Shown piece after piece: positions 26,737-40,814 of a DNA stretch of 64,000 bases (position 1 is the stretch's first letter; each line of letters opens with the position of its first letter). The DNA is taken from NCBI RefSeq assembly GCF_006345805.1, contig NC_043024.1, positions 5,828,001 through 5,892,000 on the forward strand, written 5' to 3'. Made by a program: the position numbers and the translations under genes. The notes beneath the pieces were generated by a model. It was not told the origin of the DNA. It saw only the letters and a list, made by a program, of their open reading frames with translations, and searched no databases. This stretch comes from Octopus sinensis. Its lineage: Eukaryota.

Positions 26737-28035
26737 TTCATCATCATCATCATCATTTAGCGTCCGTTCTCCATGCTAGCATGGGTTGGACGGTTCAACT
26801 GGGGTCTGTGAAGCTGGAAGGCTTCATCAGGCCCAGTCAGATCTGGCAGTGTTTCTACGGCTGGATGCCCTTCCTAACGCCAACCACTCCGTGAGTGTAG
26901 TGGGTGCTTTTTACGTGCCACCTGCACAGGTGCCAGACAGAGCTGGCAAACGGCCACGAACGGATGGTGCTTTTACGTGTCACCGGCACGGGGCCAGGCG
27001 AGGCTGGCAACGGACACGAACGGATGGTGCTTTTACGTGCCACCGACACGGGGGCCAGACAGGGCTGGCAAACGGCCACGAACGGATGGTGCTTTTACGT
27101 GTCACCGGCACGGGGGCCAGGCCAGGCTGGCAACAAACACGAACGGATGGTGCTTTTACGTGCCACCTACACGGGGGCCAGACAGGGCTGGCGAACGGCT
27201 ACGAACGGATGGTACTTTTACGTGTCACCTGCACGGGTGCCCTGATGTTGATCGACCTCAATTTGGTTTGATCTTGATTTTGACTGTTCTCACTGGTCTT
27301 GCCGGGTTTTCTCACGCACAGCATACCTCCAAAGGTCTCGGTCACTGGTCATTTCCTTGGTGAGACCTAAAGTTTGAAGGTCATGCTTCACCACCTCGAC
27401 CCAGGTTTTCCTGGGTCTACCTCTTCCACAGGTCCCCTCAACTGCCAGGGTGTGGCACTTTCGCACACAACTATCTTCAGCCATTCTCATCACATGACCA
27501 TACCAGCGCATACGTCTCTCTTGCACACAACAACTGATGCTTCTTAGGTTCAACTTTTCTCTCAAGGTACTTACACTCTGTCGATTATGAACACTGACGT
27601 TACACATCCATCGGAGCATACTAGCTTCATTTCTTGCGAGCTTACGCAAATCCTCAGCAGTCACAGCCCAAGTTTCACTACCATGTAGCATGGCTGTACG
27701 TACACATGCATCATACAGTCTGCCTTTTACTTTGAGCGAGAGGCCTTTTGTCACCAGCAGAGGTCTCTAAACTTTGCCCAGGCTATTCTTACTCTAGCAG
27801 TTATACTCTCAGCGCACCCGCCCCCGCTACTGACTTGGTCACCTAGGTAACGGAAACTATCAACTACTTCTAGCTTTTCTCCCTGGAAAGTGACGGAAGT
27901 TGGTCTCAGAGCATTTTCAGTGTTAATTGTTCCTGAGCATCTGCCACATACAAAAACCATCTTCCTAGTTAGCCTTCCTTTGATATTGCTGCACCTCTTA
28001 TGTGTCCATAGCTTACACTTGGTGCATCTTATAGA
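26737..28035 (-). mobile_element. 5'-truncated RTE-clade LINE with frameshifted ORF and tandem-repeat 3' UTR
   Basis: CTKCKLWTHKRC..CGRC..FRYLGDQ..AWAKFR and GRLYDACVRTAMLHGSETW..RWYGHVMRM..GRGRPRKTW; (GAT)n tail at 26737. Confidence 0.92.
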
Positions 28036-28934
28036 GTTTTATTTATTATTATTTTGCACATTACTTAATCATCGGTATATTAGTTTTTATCTTATATTTA
28101 ATATTTCTATTATATGTAATTTTCTAGATGGTGCCATTCAATTTTTCATTTTGAATTGATAAAAGGTAGTTTTTTCTAATTTATATATATATATAAACAC
28201 ACACACACACATATAAATGCTGGTACATATAGGTGTGTGTATTTGTCTATGTGTATATGTCAGTCAGTGATTGTGTACATGTGTGTGTAGAGCTTTATAC
28301 TCTGTGTGTGTATTTATATATACACATTTGTATGATGGTGATGCTCATTTACAGCAATTGTGATATTAGGACAACAGTACACAGACACATGTATACACAC
28401 AACAGGCTTCTTTTAGTTTCTGTCTATTGAGTTCACTTATATGGCCTAGGGCTATAATCAAAGACTTTTGTTCAAGGTGCTACACAATGACAATGAACCC
28501 AAAACCACATGGTTGAAAAGCAAGCTTCTTAACAATACAGCCATGCCTAGATGGGATGGTCATGTCAGGAACTCCTTTGATCATAAGTGTATTTGACTAA
28601 TCAGTACTGACATGAGTCTAAACAACAACAAAAAAAAAGTATATTAGAAGTATATAGGTGTAGGAGTGGCTGTGTGGTAAGTAGCTTGCTTACGAATCAC
28701 ATGGTTCCGGGTTCAGTCCCTCTGCGTGGCACCTTGGGCAAGTGCCTTGTGAGTGGATCTGGTAGACTGAAACTGAAAGAAGCCCATTATATATATATGT
28801 ATATGTGTGTATATGTGTGCGTATATGTTTGTGTGTGTGTGTTTGTCCACCCAACATCGTTTGACAACCGATAGAATAAGAGACTGATAGAATAAGTACT
28901 AGACTGAAACAAGTAAAAGTCCCTAATTACTTAC

Positions 28935-29101
28935 TGGATGCCACTGGGCCTTTTTCTGTTCACTTTCAAATCGGGCCATTTCTCTTCTATCGTAATAGGT
29001 CGTGAAACCTTTCCAGATGATCAACACCAGAAGGCCTATGAAGAGAATTCCACCGATAATTCCAACAACTAGCCACGTAATGTTGATCAGTTCGGTACAA
29101 T
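28935..29101 (-). CDS. ITGB: Integrin beta subunit, transmembrane and membrane-proximal cytoplasmic exon (DCTELINITWLVVGIIGGILFIGLLVLIIWKGFTTYYDRREWPDLKSEQKKAQWHP)
   Basis: Acceptor ccatttctgtctttcag and donor CCA|GTAAGT; 167 nt, phase 1 to 0. GxxxG-type TM helix, then IIWK, DRRE and the conserved Trp match the integrin beta consensus IWKLLxxIHDRREFAKFEKExxxAKW. Confidence 0.95.
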
Positions 29102-29369
29102 CTGAAAGACAGAAATGGTTACAAAGGTAAAGACAAACAAGTCACAAAGTTCCAAAAACAGAAAGAAATAAAATAAAACAAATTGGTAAAAAAAAAATTA
29201 CAACACCCATCCAGTCACTTTTCAACTCGGCCCCACCCCCTTTTCAATATTCCTCTGTAATTAATCCCTCCCCCTCTTCCTTGTTCACTGCTGTACCCTC
29301 ACCTTATTTACCATCCTTCATCCTTCTGCCTAGAACTAACACCCAGTCTCCCTTCTGTTTTAATCTAAA

Positions 29370-29828
29370 GTTCTTTTTTAATCTAAAATATATTCTCCTT
29401 CATTTTCTACAATGCTCTTCCATCTATCTGGTAGACTTGCAAGGCTCCTCCTTTCAGGACAAGGTTCGTCTTCTAGGCTGTAGATTCCAGCTCAGAATTT
29501 TTGAAACCACCATTGACACTGGCCTACACTTATTGTCCGATCCCCATATACTGCATTAATATTCCTCTCACTTTCCCTTGTGTGGTTGCCTTCATTGAAC
29601 TCATAAAGCAAAATATGCCAAATATACTCCTTTGTCATTTCCATTATAGCTTTGAAAAAATAAGTTTTAAAATCGAACTGCACTCTTCAAAACTTGCACT
29701 AAGAATAAGGATACAAGGTAAAATTACTACCTGCTTTTATAGCAGGTCAATGGAGGTAGCTTATCCCATCCCACTCCAACGTTTATGCAATTGATAAAAA
29801 AAACGTCATTATTTATGGGATGACCCAA
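29370..29828 (-). mobile_element. Internally deleted mariner
   Basis: TIR TTGGGTCATCCCATAAATAATG; MEMTKEYIWHILLYEFNEG..QCQWWFQKF joined to C-terminal LPDRWKSIVENEGEYILD*. Confidence 0.85.
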
Positions 29829-30392
29829 TATGTACATACATACATACATACATATATATATATATATATGCACACACACGCATACATACATATATATACA
29901 CATATATATATGCACACACACACAAACATGTGCACACATACATGTATACATATACATATATGTACACACATAAACGTGCATGCCTATATATATATATATA
30001 TATATATATATGCATATATATATATGCATATATATATATATTATATATATATACATGCATATATATATACATGCATATTATATATATATACATGCATATA
30101 TATATATACATGCATATATATACATGCATATAATGAAGGGTGAAATTAATTAATTTGGAATAATTATCAATTACACCAAGTAGTCTTCGGCATGTAAAAG
30201 CCTCATTCGAGGAAAATTTAAGTAATACTAAGCAATAAGGGTTTAGCAACGAATTGCCTTACCACATACCGAATTTAGAATAGCAGTCAAAGGGTTATAG
30301 CTATTTCTTCTACTAAAAAGGGAGATCTCAGTAAAAACAGCAATTGGAAGGCTGACACATATATATATATATATATATACATACATACATGC

Positions 30393-30431
<39 letters not shown>

Positions 30432-31622
30432 AACATATATGCTTATATATATACATGCATACATATACATACACACATATATACACACACACGTCTGTGT
30501 ATGTGTCTTTGTGTTGTATGCATCCCATCATCTCTGCTTGACAACTGGTGTTGGTGTGTTTATGTCCCTGAAACTTAACAGTTCAGGAAAAGAGACTGAT
30601 AGAATAAGTTCCAAATTTAAAAAAACATATAAAGATTTGGAGTTGGCAGACAGGGTGGGGAGGTTGACTAAAACCCTTCTAGGCAGTGCTCCAGCATGAC
30701 CACAGTTCAATGACTGAAAACAAGCAAAATTACTTTACCAATTATTCCGATTCCACTCCTCCTTACCAATTCCAAAGACCCACCACCACCACCACCACCG
30801 TCTATTACCCCCCTTCCCCAATACATTCTACCATTCTGATTCCACTCCTCATAATCCTACCACTTCCAATATCTCCCGTGCATCCTCATACCCCTTCCCC
30901 CCCAGATGTCTATTACTCCACCACTGCCAACACCAATCTCCCCTACCCTCCCCCCCCACGTGGAGAAAAGCGACACAACACTGGGGACATATTTGGGCAA
31001 CAGCTGATCGCCATGGTTACGAAAATAAGCAGTTGGCTACAGGTATTTGTTAGACAGAATTTTTAGAAGTAAAAACAACAGCAACAGATGAAGAAACAGC
31101 AAGTCTTACAATGTCCCAGTTTGGCACCAGAACAAGGAAATCAAACACACACACACACACCACCATTGCTATTATGTTAAACTGTCGTATGTCCAAATGT
31201 GTTTTGTTCAATATTTATTTTTTTGCTTGCAACAGCCAATTCTTTTGGTCAAACTATAGTATCTCCAGCTGCCAAGATATCAAAAATTGTCAAAGTGTAG
31301 TACAACGGTTTTGCAATGGAATGGTGAAACTATTTTTTTCAATTTCTCAAAAGGCAACATTTTGGACTTACGACACTTTTGCATAATAGCAAAGAATATC
31401 TATCTATCTATATACGCACATATGTATATACCTACATACACATATATATAGACACACACACATATATGCATACATGAGGGTTTACAAACACATACATACA
31501 TATATATATACACACACACACAAGCATATATACATATGTACTTATATGCATATATCTATATATACATACATACTGTGTATACATATGTACATACAAGCAC
31601 ATATATCTACACACACACACAC

Positions 31623-31659
<37 letters not shown>

Positions 31660-32494
31660 TACATACATACATACATACACACACATATACATACATATAT
31701 ATACCAGTGGTGGCTCATATATAGGTACTGCAGAACTGCAACACCCCCTATTTCCACTCGATTTTACCAATAACATTCAATATAATGAGTCCTTTTTTTC
31801 TTTAAGTTTTTCTTTATACTTGTACATTATACAATCCTTAAGTAACCACCCCCTGTGTGCTTTAACAGTTCCAGTGACACAGTGTTTAGCTGTTGTGCGC
31901 ATGCTCACATGTCCGAGATAGGAAGCTTCACACTAGGGAGAGAGAGCACTGCGTGAACGACAGTGCTGGGTGAAAGGTAATGTTTCTTTTTGACTCTGCG
32001 TGTGTTGTGCTTAAAAACGTGTTTATACTCTTGAATGTGATAAAGTGTAGAATTAGATTATTATTCTGCTTCCAGCTTCAGTGTTGTTACCAGGATTTGA
32101 AAATAGGCAGATTATCCCCACCTTATTTTGTGATTTAGGGGGGACTTTTGAAAAACAAGGGGGAATTTGTGGTGGTGTTCAGTGAACAAATTAAACACAC
32201 TACCTGGCAGTGGTTAAAACACGAACCAATCAAGTTTATATATAAAATTTTCTTTTTATGTTTGTTTCCATTTAAACAATATTAAAACAGCTAAAAAATT
32301 TTTGAAGTAGCATCCCCATTAATTTTATCTACAAGCTGTCTCTGATATATACATAACACACACATATACATACATATATACATATACACACACACACATA
32401 TTTTCATGTGGAGAGTAGGGAAGATGTTGAAGAGATATTGATCGTTTTTGTAACTGAATTTCTAATGAAAAACATTGTTGATAAAATTTATCTA

Positions 32495-34195
32495 TTAACC
32501 CGTTCATTACCATATTTCTGTTGAGATGTTCTGTGTTTCTTTCAATTAATTTGAAATATAACAAAGAATTTAGTAAAATAACTTAGTTATCATTAAGCTA
32601 GTGTCAGGAACATAAATTGTGACTGAGGTTTGGTAGAAGACTTTAATTCAAAACTTATGAAAACAAGACATTTGTACAACAGAGCCAGAGGCTGTTTCAG
32701 CCGGGTTGGTAACGAAAGGGTTAAGAATTGTTTCTCTATTATATATTTTAACCCTTTTGTTACCATATTTCTGTTGAGTTTCTTTCAATTAATTTTAAAT
32801 ATACCAAAGAATTTAGTAAAATAACTTAGTTATCATTAAACTGGTGTAAGGAACATAAATTGTGACTAAGGTTTGGTGGAGGATTTTAATTCAAATTATG
32901 GAAACAAGACATTTATTCTACAGAGTCCGGGCAGTTTCAGCTGGGTTGGTATCAAAAGGTTAAGAATTGCTTCTCTATTATATATTTTAACCCTTTTGTT
33001 ACCATATTTGTGAGTTTCTTTCAATTAATTTTAAATATACAAAGAATTTAGTAAAATATTAGTTATCATTAAACTGGTGTAAGGAACATAAATTGTGACT
33101 AAGGTTTGGTGGAAGATTTTAATTCAGAATTATGAAACAAGACATTTATTCTACAGAGTCCGAGGCAGTTTCAGCTGGGTTGGTATCAAAAGGTTAAGAA
33201 TTGCTTCTCTATTATATATTTTAACCCTTTTGTTACCATATTTCTGTTGAGATGCTCTGTGTTTTTTCAGTTTTATTTTAAATATAACAAAGAATTTAGT
33301 AAAATAACTTAGTCATCATTGAGCTAGTATTAGGAACATAAATTGTGACTAAGGTTTGGTGGAAGATTTTAATTCAGAACTTATGAAAAAAAAAACATTT
33401 GTACTTCAGAGCCAGAGGTAGTTTCATTCAGCCAGGTTGGTATCAAAAGGGTTAATTATAGAATAGAAGGTGGGGGGGGGGGCATCTCTACATAGTCATT
33501 CATACCTGATGGCATACACAGGCATACAAAAGACACCCCAATTCTTGCAGAGCATATTGAGGAACAAAATGTTTTAGGGCATTAATCATGTAATAAAGGC
33601 TAAAGTCATGTATAGAAGGACCTGGGTTGATTTCTTGGCATTTTATAAGCCATCAAATATAGTAGTTGGGCTCACAGTAACTATACGAAATAGTAGTTAA
33701 GAATTGCTTCTCTATTATATATTTTAACCCTTTTGTTACCATATTTCTGTTGAGTTTCTTTCAATTAATTTTAAATATACCAAAGAATTTAGTAAAATAA
33801 CTTAGTTATCATTAAACTGGTGTAAGGAACATAAATTGTGACTAAGGTTTGGTGGAAGATTTTAATTCAGAAATTATGGAAACAAGACATTTATTCTACA
33901 GAGTCCGAGGCAGTTTCAGCTGGGTTGGTATCAAAAGGGTTAAGAATTGCTTCTCTATTATATATTTTAACCCTTTTGTTACCATATTTCTGTTGAGATG
34001 CTCTGTGTTTCTTTCAGTTATTTTAAATATAACAAAGAATTTAGTAAAATAACTTAGTCATCATTGAGCTAGTATTAGGAACATAAATTGTGACTAAGGT
34101 TTGGTGGAAGATTTTAATTCAGAACTTATGAAAAAAAAACATTTGTACTTCAGAGCCAGAGGTAGTTTCAGCCAGGTTGGTATCAAAAGGGTTAA
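32495..34195 (+). repeat. Tandem array of six TTAA-flanked MITE family B copies (about 215-235 bp)
   Basis: Copies start near 32495, 32748, 32987, 33221, 33725 and 33967. A 23-bp spacer GAATTG(T/C)TTCTCTATTATATATT recurs; a roughly 240-bp unique block is duplicated. Confidence 0.9.
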
Positions 34196-34622
34196 TTATA
34201 GAATAGAAGGTGGGGGGGGGCATCTCTACATAGTCATTCATACCTGATGGCATACACAGGCATACAAAAGACACCCCAATTCTTGCAGAGCATATTGAGG
34301 AACAAAATGTTTTAGGGCATTAAATCATGTAATAAAGGCTAAATGTCATGTATAGAAGGACCTGGGTTGATTTCTGCATTTTATAAGCCATCAAATATAG
34401 TAGTTGGGCTCACGTCTCAGTCCTCACAGTAACTATACGAATGAATGCTTTGGATAAAATCATTAAGCTTCATGGCCATACCATAAAGATATTTTCAAAT
34501 TTGTTTTTTTTTTTAAAGTCTCCATCAGGTGATGTTTCCAAGGTCTAATATGTGGCATCATTATTCAGGTTTAACATGTGGTGCTTCTGTTAAGGTCTTG
34601 CATGTGGTATTTCTATCAAGGT

Positions 34623-35097
34623 TTAACCCTTTCATTACCAACCTGGCTGAAACTGGCTCTATGTACAAATATCCTGTTTTTGTAAGTTCTGAATTAAAAT
34701 CCTCCACCAAACCTTAGTCACAATTTATGTTCTTAACACGAGCTTAATGATAACTAAGTTATTTTACTAAATTCTTTGTCATATTTAAAATTAATTGAAA
34801 GAAACACAGAGCATCTCAAGAAAAATATGGTAACAAAAGGGTTAAAATATATAATAGAGAAACAATTCTTAATCCTTTTGATATCAACCTGGCTGAAACA
34901 GCCTCTGGCTCTATAGTACCAATGTTTTGATTTCATAAGTTTTGAATTAAGATCTTTCACCAAACCTTAGTCACAATTTATGTTCCTAACACTAGCTTAA
35001 TGATAACCAAGTTATTTTACTAAATCTTTGTTATATTTAAAATTAATTGAAAGGAACACAGAGCATCTCAAAATAAATGCAGTAAGGAAAGGGTTAA
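34623..35097 (-). mobile_element. Inverted dimer of MITE family B with the same spacer
   Basis: TTAA at both outer ends; spacer reverse complement at 34846-34868. Confidence 0.85.
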
Positions 35098-35564
35098 CAT
35101 GTGGCTTTTTATGATTGAGCAGGCAGAATTGTTAGCAAGCTGGATAAAATGCTTAACCCCATCCTGTCAGTCTTGATGTTCTGCATTCCAATACCACTGA
35201 TTAGAATTTTCCTTTCATTCTTTTCGGGGTCAATAAATTAAAAACCAGTGAAAAGCTGGAATCTAATTTATCAACCACCAATGTTATCCAAGAGAAGGGC
35301 AAAAGGGGCCGACACAGCTTGACACCAGTGATGTCACAACTCATTTCTACAGCTGAGTGAAATGTAGCAGTGTCTTGCACAAGAACACAACACAGCTTAG
35401 TCTGGGAACTGAACCCACTACTTCATGATCATGAGCCTGACGCTCTAACCACTGAGCCATGTATCTTCACAAAATAGGGATTTCTTTCAGTGGCACAAAG
35501 TCCTAACTTTTGGGGTTGAGTATTGGCAATAACTCAGCTTGTGATTTATTTTATTGATCCTGGG

Positions 35565-35690
<126 letters not shown>

Positions 35691-37212
35691 GTATGTATAT
35701 ATATATTCTTTTACATGTTTCAGCTATTTGATAGTGGGCATGCTGGAGCACCACCTTGAAGGGTTTTAGTTGAACAAATTGACCCCAGGACTTATTCTTT
35801 ATAAGCCTAGTATTTGTTCTATAGGTCTCTTTTGCTGAACTGCTAAGTTACAGGGACATAAACACACCAGCATATGTTGTCGAGTGATGGCAGGGGGACA
35901 AACACAGTCACACACATACACACACACACATAAATACATATGTATGTATGTATGTATATATATAAATATATATACACACACACGACAGGCTTCTTTCAGT
36001 TTTTGTCTACCAAATCCACTCACAAGGTTTTGGTTGGCCTAAGGTTTTGGTTGTTCAAGGTGCCACAGAGTAGGATTGAACCCAGAGCCATGTGGTTGGG
36101 AAGAAAGTTTTTTACTACAAAATCATGCCTGCACCTATATTTAATAATTATACATATAAATATAATAATTAAATTATATATTATGCACTTTTATTTTTTT
36201 GTTATGCAGTTGATCACCCCCAGTTTGTGGGCAAATTGTCTTGTGTAAAACCAGTTTGTGAAGCCAAAAAGTTGGGAACCTAACTCGTAAGACAGTAATG
36301 GTATCATCTGAGGGAAATTTGGCTGTTATTTCTAGCCAGTCAAGTAACCATATACATGCTTCCTTTGTGGCCCATGTATTAAAAAGACTTGGAATATCTC
36401 TTTGGCACGAAAGGACAGATTGGTTGACATTTCATGATCGGGGTCTATAGAACAACAACAGTTTGATCAGCTTGCGTGACCTTTCACCAGAAAATTTTGG
36501 CAGTTCTTTTGGAAAGTTTGATGAAACTGAGGTAGAATGGCGGAGTAATATGTGCCATTGTCCCAAAGAACACAAAACAACGAAATGCCACCAGCAGATT
36601 TGAACACAGAATTCAAACATAATGCTGTTGCTGGTTTTGATTTTAAGCACAATGAGTAATGTGTGTGTGTGTGTACATATATGTGAATGCTTGCTTTTAT
36701 GTTCTGTTATAATAAAAACTATTTTACATAAATCTGATGGGTTACTCTATACTTTGGAAGAGTACAAATTCACACACACACACATGAGTGAGTAGATAAA
36801 TGAAAGGGCACTCAACAAATTTATTGGGAGTTACAAGTATGGATAAAAACAGTTTGATTCAAACACTGAAAGAAGCCTGTCATATATATATGTATATATA
36901 TGTTTGTGTGTATATATATATCACGTGATCACGTGACCGACCAGACCATCAGATGTTGCTACACATCGCTGGTCAAAATGCCTTCGCATTGTTTTAGCCT
37001 TCGAATGACGCCACCCCACTGGATAAGCGAGCAGGCCAACAGTAGAAAGAGTGAGAGAAAGAGTGGTGAAAGAGTACAGCAGGGATCACCACCCCCTGCC
37101 GAAGCGTCGTAGAGGTTTTAGGTGGTTTCGCTCAATAAACACCCACAACGCCTGGTCTGGGAATCGAAATCGCGATCCTACAACCACGAGTCCACTGCCC
37201 TAACCACTGGGC

Positions 37213-37262
<50 letters not shown>

Positions 37263-38621
37263 TATATACATAAACATATATACGACGGGCTTCTTTCAGT
37301 TTCCGACAACCAAATCCACTCACAAGGCTTTGGTCAACCCAAGGCTATTAGTAGAATACACTTGCCCAAGGTGCCAGACAGTGAGACTGAACTCGGAACC
37401 ATGTGGTTTGTGAGCAAGCTACTTACCACACAGCCTGGCAAAACTTATAGAGTGACTCAAGGACCGAAATTTTCATGCCTTGTAAAGTGTCAGGGCATGA
37501 AACTTTCGGTTCTTGGAATCATTCTTTAACTTCTGCTGAAAAAAATGAAAAAAAAAAAACCACCCAAAACATATATATATCTATGTTTTTTTAGTTTTAT
37601 TATTTCTTGTCTGCAATATCAAACCTGTCCATCTATCTACCTATCTACCAATCTGTACATCTATTCAAATGTGTGACTAGCACTTTACTCTTTTTATTTT
37701 TTACTTGTTTCAGTCATTTGACTGCGGCCATGCTGGAGCACCGCCTTAAGTCGAGCAAATCGACCCCAGGACTTATTCTTTGTAAACCAAGTACTTATTG
37801 TATCAGACTCTTTTGCCGAACCGCTAAGTTATGGGGGACGTAAACACACCAGCATCAGTTTTCAAGCAATATTGTGGGGACAAACACAGACACACAAACA
37901 TATACACACATATATATATATACATATATACGACGGGCTTCTTTCAGTTTGCGTCTACCAAATCCACTCACAAGGCTTTGGTTGGCCCGAGGCTATTGTA
38001 GAAGACACTTGCCCAAGGTACCATGCAGTGGGACTGAACCCAGAACCATGTGGTTCGTAAGCAAGCTACTTACCACACAGCCACTCCTGCGCACTTGTAC
38101 ATTTTGGTAATCACCATTGTTATTATTATTAATTGTTATTAATATTATTAATATCATTATTAATATTATTATGACTACTACGTCGCAAGTAAACAAATTA
38201 TTATTAATCCAACAGATTAATAAAAAGATTAAAAAAGAAAAATGGTTAATCAGCAGTAATTATCATCATGACCACCACCACCAAGACTATTATTCGATTA
38301 ATAAGATAATGAATTTATCACTGCTGCCACCACTAACCATTGCTCTTCTTTATTTCACTCTCATCACTACTACTACATAGTAGAATCAGCGTAGAACGGT
38401 GAATAAAGTGCCTTGCAGTATTTAGTTATGTACCATGGAATTGAGAGTTCAAATCCAACTGAGGTAAACTCCACTCCAATGAATGATTGATAAAATAAAG
38501 TACCAATCAAACAGAGAGGTTGATTAACCATGACATACATAAATATGATTATAAATCGCACAGGCAAGAAGTTTGCTTCCTAACTGCATGGCTCTGGGTT
38601 CAGTCCCAGTGTGGTACCTTG

Positions 38622-38661
<40 letters not shown>

Positions 38662-38679
38662 ATTACCTCATTTCTTCAA

Positions 38680-38710
<31 letters not shown>

Positions 38711-40439
38711 ATATATTTTACTATTTTACTTGTTTCAGTCATTTGACTGCGACCATGCTGAAGCACTGCCTTTAGTTTAGCAAATCGACCCCAGAACTTA
38801 TTTTTGTAAGCCTCTCGGTCTCTTTTGCCGAACCGCTAAGTTACAGGGACGTAAACACACCAGCATTGGTTGTCAAGTGATGTTGGTGGGGACAAACACA
38901 CATTTATATACATTTATACGATGGGCTTTGGTCGGCCCGAGGCTATAGTATAAGAAACTTGCCCAAGGTGCCACTCAGTGGGACTGAACCCGGAACCATG
39001 TGGTTCATAAGCAAGCTGCTTAACACACAGCCACTCCTGCGCCTATATATATACACATATCAGGATGCTGAACCTTTCAGACAAGATGAGAAAGGGCTGA
39101 GATACTTGGCACCTAGCTGTACTCAAGAAGACCTGTACTAAACAGCAAAAGTGTGAAAGCCACTTTCCCTGGTGAAAAGGATTGGGCTGTAGGAGTCCTG
39201 TACCAGTGTTATGTAAAAAGCCCCCATGTGGTGCCACATAAAAGCACCCAGCACACTCTGTAAAGTGGTTGGTGTTAGGAAGGGCATCCGACCATAGAAA
39301 CCAAGCCATATCAGGGTGGAGCTTGGTGCAGCTCCCTGGCTTGCCATCTCTAGTGACAGTCCAGCCTGCCCCAGGCATGGACAACAGATGTTAAATAATG
39401 ATGATGATGATGATTACAAATACACATCTTTTATCTTTTACTTGTTTCAGTCATTAGACTGCGACCATGCTGGGACAACACCTTGAATTTTTAGTCAAAT
39501 GAATCGACCCCCAGACTAATTTTTTTTTTAAGCCTGGTACTTATTCTATCATCCTCTTTCACTGAATTGTTAAGTTAAAGGGATGCAAACACACCAACAC
39601 CAGTTGTCAAGTGGTGACGGGAGGGATAAACCCAGACACACACACACACACATATCATCATCATCATCATCATCATCATTTAGCGTCCGCTTTCCATGCT
39701 AGCATAGGTTGGACGGTTCAACTGGGGTCTGTGAAGCCAGAAGGCTGCATCAGGCTCCAGTCTGATCTGGCAGTGTTTCTACAGCTGGATGCCCTTCCTA
39801 ACGCCAACCACTCCGTGAGTGTAGTGGGTGCTTTTTACGTGCCACCCACACAGGTGCCAGACGGTGCCAGAACAAAAAGATAGATGAAATGCCGCTAAGC
39901 ATTTCGCCCAGTGTGCTAATGATTCTGCCAGCTACCTGCCATAATAATAATAATAATAATAATAATAGTTTCAAATTTTGGCACAAGGCCAGTAATTTCA
40001 GGGGTGGAGGAAAGTTGATTACATCAACCTTAGTGCTTGCTTGAGAAGATAAAAAAGGGAGATGATCACAGTTGGAATGCCTTTGACTGTAGGTCTACTC
40101 AGTCAGTTGATGTTTGACCCTAGGTCAAATGACCTAACTGACCAAATTTACAATCAAAAGACATTCTAACCCTGCATCACATTGTCTAATGTATCCCCAC
40201 TTTTTATTTGATTTAGGTTTTTTTGTCCAACCCATGACAGCATGGAAAGCAGACATCAAATAACGATGATGATGATGATGGAGGGTCCTAATGAAAATTT
40301 GACTGTTATTACTAGCAAGTCATGCAACCGTATGCAGGTAATCTTGTCGGGATGATTTAAGAAGATTAACTTAGATAGCTCTGTGGATATGGGAAACTGC
40401 CGTGATGAAAGAGAGAGTTTGATAGCTAAGTCTTCATTC

Positions 40440-40780
40440 TAGAGACAGATAGACTGAGAGATGATATAGAAAGATAGACAGACAGATACAGATGGATAGA
40501 TAGACAGAGAGATAGATCAACAGAGAGAGAGAGAGCAACAGAGAGACAGAGTGACAGAGAGAGAGAGAGACAGAGAAAGAGATAGATAGAGAGAGAGAAA
40601 TAGACACATAGAGAGAGAGATAAAGAGATAGATAGATGTATAGATAGATAGACAGATAGATGGATAGACAGACAGATAGATAGATAGATAGACAGACAGA
40701 TGGATAGACAGACAGATAGATAGATAGATAGACAGACAGATGGATAGACAGACATAGATAGATAGATAGACAGACAGATG

Positions 40781-40814
<34 letters not shown>

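Larger units (their letters stand above)
22565..28934 (-). other. 6,370-bp GT-AG intron of the integrin beta gene
   Basis: GTAAGT donor and tttcag acceptor, phase 0. Confidence 0.9.

Noticed and set aside
32495-34195. CRISPR-like repeat/spacer appearance
   Set aside because: The long units are near-identical MITEs and the short unit is constant; eukaryotic context and no cas genes.
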